Shown here one piece after another: positions 35,560 through 47,138 of a DNA stretch of 64,000 nucleotides. The DNA comes from Ranitomeya imitator (Eukaryota): NCBI RefSeq assembly GCF_032444005.1, contig NC_091288.1, positions 16,244,001 to 16,308,000 on the forward strand. Reading direction: 5' to 3'. The notes beneath the pieces were generated by a model. That model did not search any database and had not been told where the DNA came from. It worked only from the letters and a program-made list of their open reading frames with translations. Position numbers and translations under genes: made by a program. Numbering within the stretch: position 1 is the first letter of the stretch; every line of letters begins with the position of its first letter.

Positions 35560-36989
35560 CAGTGGATCGCCCCCACGTAAGGGCACTCGGTATCGGGTCC
35601 TTTAGTTCCCTCAGCTGGATTGTCACAGTGGCCCGACCCGGACCGTGGCCCTATGAGGGGTGCCCAATAAAAGGGTACAGTTTGTGGATAACGGTAGTGT
35701 TTGTGACGCCACCTGTGGTATTCGGTCAGGGTGACCGATGCTGCTTAAGGGTCCGCTGGGGTGATGGAATGGCAGCTAGATAGTATACCTTCCCACAGGT
35801 GAAGTATATCCCCAGGGCTTCCCAGAAGTGTAGATGGTGAAGGTGGATGGTGCAAGGCGCGGTGAATAACGAGGACACAATGGGTGCAGTCTCTTTACCT
35901 TTACTGAAGGCTTCAGAATCCACAGTCCCGGGTGCCGCATGACGGGGTAGGCAGAGTCTGGCCGGTCTGATGGCAATTCCAGAGTCCCTCTATCCAGGTG
36001 GAAATCAGTAGCCTTCCCCTTGCGCACAGTAACGTAGTAGGTCCCTACGTGCATTAGCTCCCATAGGGTCCTCACTCTTGTTACTCTTCTCTCGGTCCCC
36101 CAGATGGATAGGACCAACCCGTATGACTGTGGTGGCCTGAGGCTATTTTATAGGGACCTTAGCGTCGCCCCTCCTCCACATTGCCACCTTGTCTGCTTAG
36201 GTTCTTAGGTCAGGCAGCCAACTTGGAATCGACTGTCCTGCTGGTCTCTGAAGTAAAGCGTAGAGTCTATTACTCCCTCGATGTTCCGGCTACCAGATCT
36301 GCGCTCAGTGGGACGCAGCCTGCTCCTAGCTGGTCTCCCACTGGTGTTTTACTCCTGTTGCTACGACTTCTGTGCTCACTCACTATGGCACACTTCCTTT
36401 TTTGTACTTTCTTAGGAGGCAGCCGCATGGGTTGCAGGCGCAGCTCCGTGTCCTTCTTTTCCTTTCCTGGGCCGAGCCCAGTCTGCTCCTCTCCTTCCCT
36501 CCTGACTATCTCCTTATCCCTCCAGTCAGAACTCCCTAACTTCCTAACCAACTCCCAGTTTTACCCAAGGGTGAGGAGTGGCCTAATAGATAGAACCCTT
36601 AGCTCCCCCTGGCGGCCGGCGTGTGAAGTGTGTGTGGCTGTGATACCTGGCAGGGTGAACTCCTTTGGTGCCATCAGACGTAACATCGCTCCCCCCTGGT
36701 GGAAGTACGACATTACTGCAACGACCAGGACTCTGGGGCGCTGCACTTCTCCCCCCTCTCTCTCTCCCCGTTAAATCCAGCACTCCCGGGCTGGGAAAAG
36801 AACACAACAATTACAGGTTAGCAAAAGACATGCAACATTTTTGAAATGCTTAAACAAATAAATTAACAGTGCTTCCCTTTATGGGAGGTGAGAACAGTTG
36901 AACGTTGCAAACAAAAACATATTCACATTATGCATTTTATAAAAGAGAACAGTTACCAACTTATTATGAAATACAATTACCCATACAGG
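35560..36989 (-). mobile_element. LTR-like repeat (~35560-36745) with PPT and a short internal stub, cut by the Tc1
   Basis: The end GGGGCGCTGCA is followed by a pyrimidine run (minus-strand purine tract). The left boundary is uncertain. Confidence 0.5.
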
Positions 36990-38771
36990 TACAGTCATGG
37001 CCAAAAGTATTGACACCCCTGCAATTCTGTCAGATAATACTCATTTTCTTCCTGAAAATGATTGCAAACACAATTTCTTTGGTATTATTATCTTCATTTA
37101 ATTTGACTTACATGAAAAAACACGAAAAGAATTGTCCTAAAGCCAAATTGGATATAATTCCACACAAAACATAAAAAAGGGGGTGGACAAAAGTATTGGC
37201 ACTGTTCGAAAAATCATGTGATGCTTCTGTAATTAGTGTAATTACCAGCACCTGTAACTTACCTGTGGCACCTAACAGGTGTTGGCAATAACTAAATCAC
37301 ACTTGCAGCCAGTTGACATGGATTAAAGTTGACTCAACCTCTGTCCTGTGTCCTTGTGTGACCACATTGAGCATGGAGAAAAGAAAGAAGACCAAAGAAC
37401 TGTCTGAGGACTTGAGAAACCAAATTGTGAGGAAGCATGAGCAATCTCCAGGCTACAAGTCCATCTCCAAAGACCTGAACGTTCCTGTGTCTACCGTGCG
37501 CAGTGTCACCAAGAATTGTAAAGCCCATGGCACTGTGGCTAACCTCCCTAGATGTGGACGAAAAAGAAAAATTGACAAGAGATTTCAACACAAGATTGTG
37601 CGGATGTTGGATAAAGAACCTCGACTAACATCCAAACAAGTTCATGCTGCCCTGCAGTCCGAGGGTACAACAGTGTCAACCCGTACTATCAGTTGGCGTC
37701 TAAATGAAAAGGGACTGTATGGTAGGAGATCCAGGAAGACCCCACTATTTACCCCAAGACATAAAAAAGCCAGGCTGGAGTTTGCCAAAACTTACCTGAA
37801 AAAGCCTAAAACGTTTTGGAAGAATGTTCTCTGGTCAGATGAGACAAAAGTAGAGCTTTTTGGGCAAAAGCATCACCATAGCTGTTGTGAATTCTGTGGC
37901 TGAATTCACTCCTGTGGTCACAAGTGGTACTGCAGCTTCTGAGCTTCCTTCCTCAGGTGTTCTGGTGAGCTCGTTAACTGCTTCGTTACTTAACTCCGCC
38001 TGATGCTGCTATCCTTGCTCCTTGTCAATGTTCCAGTGTTGGATCTGAGCTTCTCCTGATTGTTCCTGTGACCTGCTGCTCTGTATAGCTAAGTGCTTTT
38101 TTGCTATTTTGTTGTTTTTTTTCTGTCCAGCTTGTCTTTTGTTTTGCTGGTAGCTCTGAGAGGCAAAGGGTGTACCGCCGTGCCGTTAGTTCGGCACGGT
38201 GGGTCTTTTTTGCCCCCTTTTGCGTGGTTTTTGCTTTAGGGTTTTTTGTAGACTGCAAAGTTCGCTTTACTATCCTCGCTCTGTCTAAGATTATCGGGCC
38301 CCACTTTGCTGAATCTATTTCATCCCTACGTTTTGTCTTTTCATCTTACTCACAGTCATTATATGTGGGGGGCTGCCTTTTCCTTTGGGGTATTTCTCTG
38401 GGGCAAGTCAGGCCTATTTTTCTATCTTCAGGCTAGCTAGTTTCTTAGGCTGTGCCGAGTTGCATAGGTAGTTGTTAGGCGCAATCCACAGCCGCTTTTA
38501 GTTGTGTTTAGGATAGGATCAGGTGTGCAGTCTACAGAGTTTCCACGTCTCAGAGCTCGTTCTTTTGTTTTTGGGTATTTGTCCGATCACTGTGTGCGCT
38601 CTGATCGCTAAGCACACTGTGTCTCTGGATTGCCTTCATTACACCTTTCATTAGCAGACATAACAGAACAAGGAGCCAGACTAATGATTCTCAATAGAGG
38701 GAAAGAAAAAGTTCTGACATCATTTTTTTTTTCTGCTCTGTGTTCATTTTTTTTTTCCCCTAGACATTTGG

Positions 38772-39622
38772 GTGATTCTGGACACAGGTGTGGACATGGA
38801 TATTCAGGGTCTGTGCTCTTCAATGGATAATCTCGTTATAAATGTACAAAAGATTCAAGATGCTATTGATCGGAAATCTATGTTAGAACCAAGAATTCCT
38901 ATTCCTGATTTGTTTTTTGGAGATAGAACTAAGTTTCTAAGTTTCAAAAATAATTGTAAGCTATTTCTGGCCTTGAAACCTCATTCTTCTGGTAATCCTA
39001 TTCAACAGGTTTTGATTATTATTTCTTTTTTGCGCGGCGACCCTCAAGACTGGGCATTTTCTCTTGCGCCAGGAGACCCTGCATTGAGTAGTGTCGATGC
39101 GTTTTTCCTGGCACTCGGATTACTTTACGATGAGCCTAATTCAGTGGATCAGGCTGAGAAAAATTTGCTGGCTTTGTGCCAGGGTCAGGATGATATAGAA
39201 GTATATTGTCAGAAATTTAGGAAATGGTCAGTACTCACTCAGTGGAATGAATCTGCGCTGGCAGCTTTGTTCAGAAAGGGTCTCTCTGAGGCTCTTAAGG
39301 ATGTCATGGTGGGATTTCCTATGCCTGCTGGTTTGAATGAGTCTTTGTCTTTGGCCATTCAAATCGGTCGACGCTTGCGCGAGCGTAATCTGTGCACCAT
39401 TTGGCGGTATTGCCTGAGGTTAAACCTGAGCCTATGCAGTGCGATAGGACTATGACCAGAGTTGAACGGCAGGAATACAGACGTCTGAATGGGCTGTGTT
39501 TCTACTGTGGTGATTCCACTCATGCTATTTCTGATTGTCCTAAGCGCACTAAGCGGTCCGCTAGGTCTGCCGTCATTGGTACTGTACAGTCCAAATTCCT
39601 TCTGTCCATTACCCTGATATGA
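38772..39622 (+). pseudogene. Gypsy gag with a frameshift near 39390 and a CCHC zinc knuckle
   Basis: Retrotransposon gag-type ORF 38772-39455. CFYCGDSTHAISDC is in the next frame, which ends in TGA at 39620-39622 in frame with pol. Confidence 0.85.
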
Positions 39623-39625
39623 TCT

Positions 39626-42600
39626 TTGTCGTCGTTTTCTGTCATGGCGTTTGTGGATTCAGGCGCTGCCCTGAATCTGATGGATTTGGATTATGCTAAA
39701 CGTTGTGGGTTTTTCTTGGAGCCTTTGCGGTGTCCTATTCCATTGAGAGGAATTGATGCTACACCTTTGGCCAAGAATAAACCTCAGTACTGGGCCCAGC
39801 TGACCATGTGCATGGCTCCTGCACATCAGGAAGTTATTCACTTTCTGGTGCTACATAATCTGCATGATGTGGTCGTGTTGGGGTTGCCATGGCTACAAAC
39901 CCATAATCCAGTATTGGATTGGAATTCCATGTCGGTATCCAGCTGGGGTTGTCAGGGGGTACATGGTGATGTTCCATTTTTGTCGATTTCGTCATCCACC
40001 CCTTCTGAGGTCCCAGAGTTCTTGTCTGATTATCAGGATGTATTTGAAGAGCCCAAGTCCGATGCCCTACCTCCGCATAGGGATTGTGATTGTGCTATCA
40101 ATTTGATTCCTGGTAGTAAATTCCCTAAAGGTCGATTATTTAATTTATCCGTGCCCGAACACGCCGCTATGCGCAGTTATGTGAAGGAATCCCTGGAGAA
40201 GGGACATATTCGCCCATCATCATCACCACTGGGAGCAGGGTTCTTCTTTGTAGCCAAGAAGGATGGTTCGCTGAGACCGTGTATTGATTACCGCCTTCTT
40301 AATAAGATCACTGTTAAATTTCAGTATCCCTTGCCATTGTTATCTGACTTGTTTGCTCGGATTAAGGGGGCTAGTTGGTTCACTAAGATAGATCTTCGTG
40401 GTGCGTATAATCTGGTGAGAATCAGGCAAGGAGATGAATGGAAAACTGCATTCAATACGCCCGAGGGTCATTTTGAGTATCTAGTAATGCCATTCGGACT
40501 TGCCAATGCTCCATCTGTGTTTCAGTCTTTTATGCATGACATCTTCCGTGAGTATCTGGATAAATTCCTGATTGTTTACTTGGATGACATTTTGATCTTC
40601 TCTGATGATTGGGAGTCTCATGTGAAGCAGGTCAGAATGGTTTTTCAGGTCCTGCGTGCTAATTTTTTGTTTGTGAAGGGATCAAAGTGTCTCTTCGGTG
40701 TGCAGAAAGTTTCATTTTTGGGGTTCATCTTTACCCCTTCTACTATCGAGATGGATCCAGTTAAGGTCCAAGCCATCCAGGATTGGATTCAGCCGACATC
40801 TCTGAAAAGTCTGCAAAAGTTCCTGGGCTTTGCTAATTTTTATCGTCGCTTCATCTGTAATTTTTCTAGCATTGCCAAACCATTGACCGATTTGACCAAG
40901 AAGGGTGCTGATTTGGTTAATTGGTCTTCTGCTGCTGTGGAAGCTTTTCAGGAGTTGAAGCGTCGTTTTTGTTCTGCCCCTGTGTTGTGTCAGCCAGATG
41001 CTTCTCTTCCGTTCCAGGTCGAGGTTGATGCTTCTGAGATTGGAGCAGGGGCGGTTTTGTCACAGAGAGGTTCTGATTGCTCAGTGATGAAACCATGTGC
41101 TTTCTTTTCCAGGAAGTTTTCGCCCGCTGAGCGTAATTATGATGTGGGCAACCGAGAGTTGCTGGCCATGAAGTGGGCATTCGAGGAATGGCGCCATTGG
41201 CTTGAAGGAGCCAAGCATCGCGTGGTGGTATTGACTGATCATAAGAACTTGACTTATCTCGAGTCTGCCAAGCGCTTGAATCCTAGACAGGCCCGTTGGT
41301 CGTTATTTTTTGCCCGCTTCGACTTTGTGATTTCGTACCTTCCGGGCTCTAAAAATGTGAAGGCGGATGCTCTGTCTAGGAGTTTTGTGCCCGACTCTCC
41401 GGGTTTATCTGAGCCAGCGGGTATCCTCAAGGAAGGAGTCATTGTGTCTGCCATCTCCCCTGATTTGCGGCGGGTGCTGCAAAAATTTCAGGCGAATAAA
41501 CCTGATCGTTGTCCAGCGGAGAAACTGTTCGTCCCTGATAGGTGGACTAATAAACTTATCTCTGAACTTCATTGTTCGGTGTTGGCTGGTCATCCTGGAA
41601 TCTTTGGTACCAGAGAGTTAGTGGCTAGATCCTTCTGGTGGCCATCTCTGTCACGGGATGTACGTACTTTTGTGCAGTCCTGTGGGATTTGTGCTAGGGC
41701 TAAGCCCTGCTGTTCTCGTGCCAGTGGGTTGCTTTTGCCCTTGCCGGTCCCAAAGAGGCCTTGGACACATATTTCGATGGATTTCATTTCTGACCTTCCC
41801 GTTTCTCAAAAGATGTCAGTCATTTGGGTGGTCTGTGATCGCTTTTCTAAAATGGTCCATCTGGTGCCCTTGGCTAAATTGCCTTCCTCCTCTGATTTGG
41901 TACCTTTGTTCTTTCAGCATGTGGTTCGGTTGCATGGCATTCCTGAGAATATTGTTTCTGACAGAGGTTCCCAGTTTGTTTCAAGGTTTTGGCGAGCCTT
42001 TTGTGGTAGGATGGGCATTGACCTATCCTTTTCCTCGGCTTTCCATCCTCAGACTAATGGCCAGACCGAACGAACCAATCAGACCTTGGAAACATATCTG
42101 AGATGTTTTGTTTCTGCTGACCAGGATGATTGGGTGTCCTTTTTGCCGTTGGCTGAGTTCGCCCTTAATAATCGGGCCAGCTCGGCTACCTTGGTTTCTC
42201 CATTTTTTTGCAATTCTGGGTTCCATCCTCGTTTCTCTTCAGGACAGGTTGAGTCTTCGGACTGTCCTGGTGTGGATTCTGTGGTGGACAGGTTGCAGCA
42301 GATCTGGACTCAGGTAGTGGACAATTTGACCTTGTCCCAGGAAAAGGCTCAACTTTTCGCTAATCGCAGACGCCGTGTGGGTCCCCGACTTCGTGTTGGG
42401 GATCTGGTTTGGTTATCTTCTCGTCATATTCCTATGAAGGTTTCCTCTCCTAAATTTAAACATCGTTTTATTGGTCCGTATAGGATTTCTGAGGTTCTCA
42501 ATCCTGTGTCTTTTCGTTTGACCCTCCCAGACTCCTTTTCCATACATAATGTATTCCATAGGTCGTTGTTGCGGAGATACGTGGCACCTATGGTTCCATC

Positions 42601-42976
42601 TGTTGAGCCTCCTGCCCCGGTTTTGGTGGAGGGGGAATTGGAGTATATTGTGGAGAAGATTTTGGATTCTCGTGTTTCTAGACGGAAACTCCAGTATCTG
42701 GTTAAATGGAAGGGTTATGCTCAGGAAGATAATTCCTGGGTTTTTGCCTCTGATGTTCATGCTCCCGATCTTGTTCGTGCCTTTCATGCGGCTCATCCTG
42801 GTCGGCCTGGGGGCTCTGGTGAGGGTTCGGTGACCCCTCCTCAAGGGGGGGGTACTGTTGTGAATTCTGTGGCTGAATTCACTTCTGTGGTCACAAGTGG
42901 TACTGCAGCTTTTGAGCATCCTTCCTCAGGTGTTCTGGTGAGCTCGTTAACTGCTTCGTTACTTAACTCCACCTGA
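39626..42976 (+). CDS. Gypsy Pol: protease, RT, RNase H, integrase, chromodomain
   Basis: 1116-aa open frame with FVDSGA, YLDD, EVDASE...YDVGNRELLA, H-x-H...C-x2-C, DDE core, GPY and a chromodomain. Confidence 0.95.
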   Translation: MSSFSVMAFVDSGAALNLMDLDYAKRCGFFLEPLRCPIPLRGIDATPLAKNKPQYWAQLTMCMAPAHQEVIHFLVLHNLHDVVVLGLPWLQTHNPVLDWNSMSVSSWGCQGVHGDVPFLSISSSTPSEVPEFLSDYQDVFEEPKSDALPPHRDCDCAINLIPGSKFPKGRLFNLSVPEHAAMRSYVKESLEKGHIRPSSSPLGAGFFFVAKKDGSLRPCIDYRLLNKITVKFQYPLPLLSDLFARIKGASWFTKIDLRGAYNLVRIRQGDEWKTAFNTPEGHFEYLVMPFGLANAPSVFQSFMHDIFREYLDKFLIVYLDDILIFSDDWESHVKQVRMVFQVLRANFLFVKGSKCLFGVQKVSFLGFIFTPSTIEMDPVKVQAIQDWIQPTSLKSLQKFLGFANFYRRFICNFSSIAKPLTDLTKKGADLVNWSSAAVEAFQELKRRFCSAPVLCQPDASLPFQVEVDASEIGAGAVLSQRGSDCSVMKPCAFFSRKFSPAERNYDVGNRELLAMKWAFEEWRHWLEGAKHRVVVLTDHKNLTYLESAKRLNPRQARWSLFFARFDFVISYLPGSKNVKADALSRSFVPDSPGLSEPAGILKEGVIVSAISPDLRRVLQKFQANKPDRCPAEKLFVPDRWTNKLISELHCSVLAGHPGIFGTRELVARSFWWPSLSRDVRTFVQSCGICARAKPCCSRASGLLLPLPVPKRPWTHISMDFISDLPVSQKMSVIWVVCDRFSKMVHLVPLAKLPSSSDLVPLFFQHVVRLHGIPENIVSDRGSQFVSRFWRAFCGRMGIDLSFSSAFHPQTNGQTERTNQTLETYLRCFVSADQDDWVSFLPLAEFALNNRASSATLVSPFFCNSGFHPRFSSGQVESSDCPGVDSVVDRLQQIWTQVVDNLTLSQEKAQLFANRRRRVGPRLRVGDLVWLSSRHIPMKVSSPKFKHRFIGPYRISEVLNPVSFRLTLPDSFSIHNVFHRSLLRRYVAPMVPSVEPPAPVLVEGELEYIVEKILDSRVSRRKLQYLVKWKGYAQEDNSWVFASDVHAPDLVRAFHAAHPGRPGGSGEGSVTPPQGGGTVVNSVAEFTSVVTSGTAAFEHPSSGVLVSSLTASLLNST

Positions 42977-44382
42977 TGCTGCTATCCCTGCTCCTTGTCA
43001 ATGTTCCAGTGTTGGATCTGAGCTTCTCCTGATTGTTCCTGTGACCTGCTGCTCTGTATAGCTAAGTGCTTTTTTGCTATTTTGTTGTTTTTTTTCTGTC
43101 CAGCTTGTCTTTTGTTTTGCTGGTAGCTCTGAGAGGCAAAGGGTGTACCGCCGTGCCGTTAGTTCGGCACGGTGGGTCTTTTTTGCCCCCTTTTGCGTGG
43201 TTTTTGCTTTAGGGTTTTTTGTAGACTGCAAAGTTCGCTTTACTATCCTCGCTCTGTCTAAGATTATCGGGCCCCACTTTGCTGAATCTATTTCATCCCT
43301 ACGTTTTGTCTTTTCATCTTACTCACAGTCATTATATGTGGGGGGCTGCCTTTTCCTTTGGGGTATTTCTCTGGGGGCAAGTCAGGCCTATTTTTCTATC
43401 TTCAGGCTAGCTAGTTTCTTAGGCTGTGCCGAGTTGCATAGGTAGTTGCTAGGCGCAATCCACAGCCGCTTTTAGTTGTGTTTAGGATAGGATCAGGTGT
43501 GCAGTCTACAGAGTTTCCACGTCTCAGAGCTCGTTCTTTTGTTTTTGGGTATTTGTCAGATCACTGTGTGCGCTCTGATCGCTAGGCACACTGTGTCTCT
43601 GGATTGCCTTCATTACACCTTTCATTAGCAGACATAACACATAGCGTTTACAGGAGAAAAAAAAGAGGCATTCAAAGAAATGAACACGGTCCCTACAGTC
43701 AAACATGGTGGAGGTTCCTGATGTTTTGGGGTTGCTTTGCTGCCTCTGGCACTGGACTGCTTGACCGTGTGCATGGCATTATGAAGTCTGAAGACTACCA
43801 ACAAATTTTGCAGCATAATGTAGGGCCCAGTGTGAGAAAGCTGGGTCTCCCTCAGAGGTCATGGGTCTTCCAGCAGGACAATGACCCAAAACACTTCAAA
43901 AAGCACTAGAAAATGGTTTGAGAGAAAGCACTGGAGACTTCTAAGGTGGCAGCAATGAGTCCAGACCTGAATCCCATAGAACACCTGTGGAGAGATCTAA
44001 AAATGGCAGTTTGGAGAAGGCGCCTTCAAATATCAGGGACCTGGAGCAGTTTGCCAAAGAAGAATGGTCTAAAATTCCAGCAGAACATCGTAAGAAACTC
44101 ATTGATGGTTACCGGAAGCGGTTGGTCGCAGTTATTTTGGCTAAAGGTTGTGCAACCAAGTATTAGGCGGAGGGTGCCAATACTTTTGTCTGGCCCGTTT
44201 TTGGAGTTTTGTGTGAAATGATCAATGTTTTGCTTTTTGCTTCATTCTCTTTTGTGTTTTTTCATTTAAGACAAATTAAATGAAGATAATACCAAATAAT
44301 TTGTGTTTGCAATCATTTTCAGGAAGAAACTGAGTATTATCTGACAGAATTGCAGGGGTGTCAATACTTTTGGCCATGACTG

Positions 44383-45325
44383 TATGTACACAGTGACTGC
44401 ACCAGCAGAATAGTGAGTGCAGCTCTGGGGTATAATACAGGAGGTAACTCAGGATCAGTAATGTAATGTATGTACACAGTGACTGCACCAGCAGAATAGT
44501 GAGTGCAGCTCTGGGGTATAATACAGGAGGTAACTCAGGATCAGTAATGTAATGTATGTACACAGTGACTGCACCAGCAGAATAGTGAGTGCAGCTCTGG
44601 GGTATAATACAGGATGTAACTCCGGATCAGTAATGCAATGTATGTACACAGTGACTGCACCAGCAGAATAATGAGTGCAGCTCTGGGGTATAATACAGGA
44701 TGTAACTCCGGATCAGTAATGCAATGTATGTACACAGTGACTGCACCAGCAGAATAGTGAGTGCAGCTCTGGAGTATAATACAGAATGTAACTCAGGATC
44801 AGTAATGTAATGTATGTACACAGTGACTGTACCAGCAGAATAGTGAGTGCAGCCCTGGGGTATAATACAGGATGTAACTCAGGATCAGTAATGTAATGTA
44901 TGTACACAGTGACTGCACCAGCAGAATAGTGAGTGCAGCTCTGGGGTATAATACAGGATGTAACTCAGGATCAGTAATGTAATGTACACAGTGATTGCAC
45001 CAGCAGAATATTGAGAGCAGCTCTGGGGTATAATACAGGATGTAACTCAGGATCAGTAATGTAATGTAAGTACACAGTGACTGCACCAGCAGAATAGTGA
45101 GTGCAGCTCTGGGGTATAATACAGGATGTAACTCAGGATCAGTAATGTAATGTAAGTACACAGTGACTGCACCAGCAGAATATTGAGAGCAGCTCTGGGG
45201 TATAATACAGGATGTAACTCAGGATCAGTAATGTAATGTAAGTACACAGTGACTGCACCAGCAGAATAGTGAGTGCAGCTCTGGAGTATAATACAGGATG
45301 TAACTCAGGCTCTGTGATGTATGTA
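44383..45325. repeat. 86-bp satellite, ~11 copies
   Basis: Unit TGTATGTACACAGTGACTGCACCAGCAGAATAGTGAGTGCAGCTCTGGGGTATAATACAGGATGTAACTCAGGATCAGTAATGTAA. The 86-bp period is also visible in the ORF-track offsets. Confidence 0.95.
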
Positions 45326-45547
45326 CAGTGAGTCTCATTTTTATTGATTGATTCAATAATTAATAGACAGTATGTGAATACAATATTTGGTTTCAGAGAA
45401 CAGAAACCTGATAACTTTGCAGGAAGTGTTCACTTTCCATTCTTTCCTCTCACTTAGTGATAAATGATAATGGAAAGTGAAAGCTCGGAGAGTTTATTAG
45501 GCGAGGACTCCTGCAGAGATTGACTTCTCTCTCTGTGACTTGGAGAC

Positions 45548-46110
45548 ATGTGTGACTACTTTGAGCTGGGGTCGATGGCGGAGGATGAGGACCGGACGGC
45601 GGTGGAGGCGCTCATCATTACTCTGAATATTCTGCATGACGCACTCAACAAGAAGGGGTGGCTGCTGGCAGAGCCAGGCAGAGACTATGGGCAGCGGGCA
45701 GAGAAGGCTCCTCTGATCTGCCCGCAGCTCGTAGAAGACCTTATTCACACTCTGCAGCAGATCGAGCTGCTCAAGCACCATACAACCAAGTCTGACATTG
45801 GCGCCGTCTACCCAATACCAGGTGCACCCGTCGTTGGCCTGTGCCAAGAGTTTTGGCTTCGACATGAAGATCTGAGACCCTGCTCCCGCCCGGGGTCATT
45901 AATCACAGCAGCCGCCTGTATTCTAGGGTACGATGATGAGATCTGGATAATGGCCAGGATGGAAGAAGACCAGAGACCGGTCCTGAGGGGGCGTCTCATC
46001 TGCGATGCCTTCGAATTCTGGATGAGGCACAAAGGGAATTACGTGAACGGTTCTTATACCTGTTGTGGGGAGACGTCCGTATACTCCGTCTGTGAGGACT
46101 CGGATATGAG
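45548..46110 (+). CDS. Metalloprotease-like family copy 3, protease-domain exon, HExxH lost
   Basis: Aligns with copy 1: LHDALNKKGWLLAE vs LTDALKKKESLLVE; GLCQEFW; GSLITAAACILGY; GSYTCCGETS...VCE. Phase-2 donor ATGAG|GTAAAA at 46110/46111. Confidence 0.7.
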
Positions 46111-46393
46111 GTAAAACGGGGGGAGGAACACAGGGGGCGTAGGGAGGCCTGAAGCCCCTCCGGCACATAACCACAGTGGTACATGGTGGGGGGAGGTACA
46201 CAGGGAAGCCTGAAGCCCCTCCGCCACATAACCACAGTGGTACATGTTGGGGGGAGGAACACGGGGGGTGCAGGGAGGTCTAAAGCCCCTCCGCCACATA
46301 ACCACAGTGGTACAAAAAAAATATATAGCACGTCACTCTGTAACTGGGAGGTGCTCGGAGAGGGATACCACACCCTTAATAAGTACAATTAAA

Positions 46394-46615
46394 AAAAAAA
46401 TGCAGAAAAAAATGGAAGTGCAAAAAATAAGTCAAAGAGATACGGCTTAAACCCAAACAGGTAAGGAGCCACATATCCATAACGGCATCACGACATAGAA
46501 GCCGCGGCTTCTATGTCGTGATGCCGTTATGGATATGTGGCTCCTTACCTGTTTGGGTTTAAGCCGTATCTCTTTGACTTATTTTTTGCACTTCCATTTT
46601 TTTCTGCATTTTTTT
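46394..46615. repeat. Perfect 222-bp palindrome with no spacer
   Basis: 111-bp arms checked base by base, centred on CCG|CGG at 46504/46505. Confidence 0.95.
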
Positions 46616-47081
46616 CTGCATGTTTTGCATTTTTATTTTTTTCTCCAGGGAACCCGGCTGTATGTTTTGCTTTTTGCTTTTTGCTTTTTATCTCCATGGA
46701 ACCCTGAGATACTTTATATATCCTATTTTAGGATTTATTGAGACATCATTCACATTGCTTGTACGATGTTATACTTTCTATGTTATTCCTATACTAGTGT
46801 TCACTACGGCTGTTTTTGTTACTATGTACCAGTATATACATCTACCATATCCCAAGGAAGTGCTCTTCTCATATACTGGAGTGACGTGACTCTTTGTGCA
46901 AATTATGTTGTAATATTACACTATTCTGTATGCAATGCTTGTATATATATTCTCTCACGTACGCCTTTTTTACGTGAATCTCTCTCGGATGTTGTATGCA
47001 TAAAGATGACTGTTTCTGTCTCGTTTTAGGCATATATGTATATATTGTCTGACCTTTATTGTTTATTTTGTTTTGTTTTTT

Positions 47082-47138
47082 CAATCCTAGTCTGATGAAG
47101 GTCTAAGTTTCAGACCGAAACGTTATATATTGGGATTG
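47082..47138 (+). ncRNA. Minimal type I hammerhead ribozyme motif
   Basis: CTGATGA-A-GGTCT(AAGTTTC)AGACC-GAAA-CGTT, with distal stem I CAATCC/GGATTG. Confidence 0.7.

Larger units (their letters stand above)
37883..43639 (+). mobile_element. Full-length Ty3/Gypsy chromovirus LTR retrotransposon
   Basis: LTRs 37883-38665 and 42856-43639 (~99% identical by eye), poly-G PPT, CATAGC on both flanks. Confidence 0.97.
36992..44382 (+). mobile_element. Tc1 transposon with long TIRs, interrupted by a Gypsy element
   Basis: TIR CAGTCATGGCCAAAAGTATTGACACCCCTGCAATTCTGTCAGATAATACTCA at both ends with TA flanks. Transposase runs from ATG 37373 to WSDETK and resumes after 43640 (QQDNDPKH, PDLNPIE) with frameshifts. 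Confidence 0.95.

Noticed and set aside
44276-45247. Series of near-identical 64-aa hydrophobic ORFs
   Set aside because: They follow the 86-bp satellite period.
44383-45325. Regularly spaced repeats as a possible CRISPR array (also 34916-35429 and 60170-61305)
   Set aside because: There are no unique spacers and no cas genes; these are head-to-tail satellites in a eukaryotic genome.
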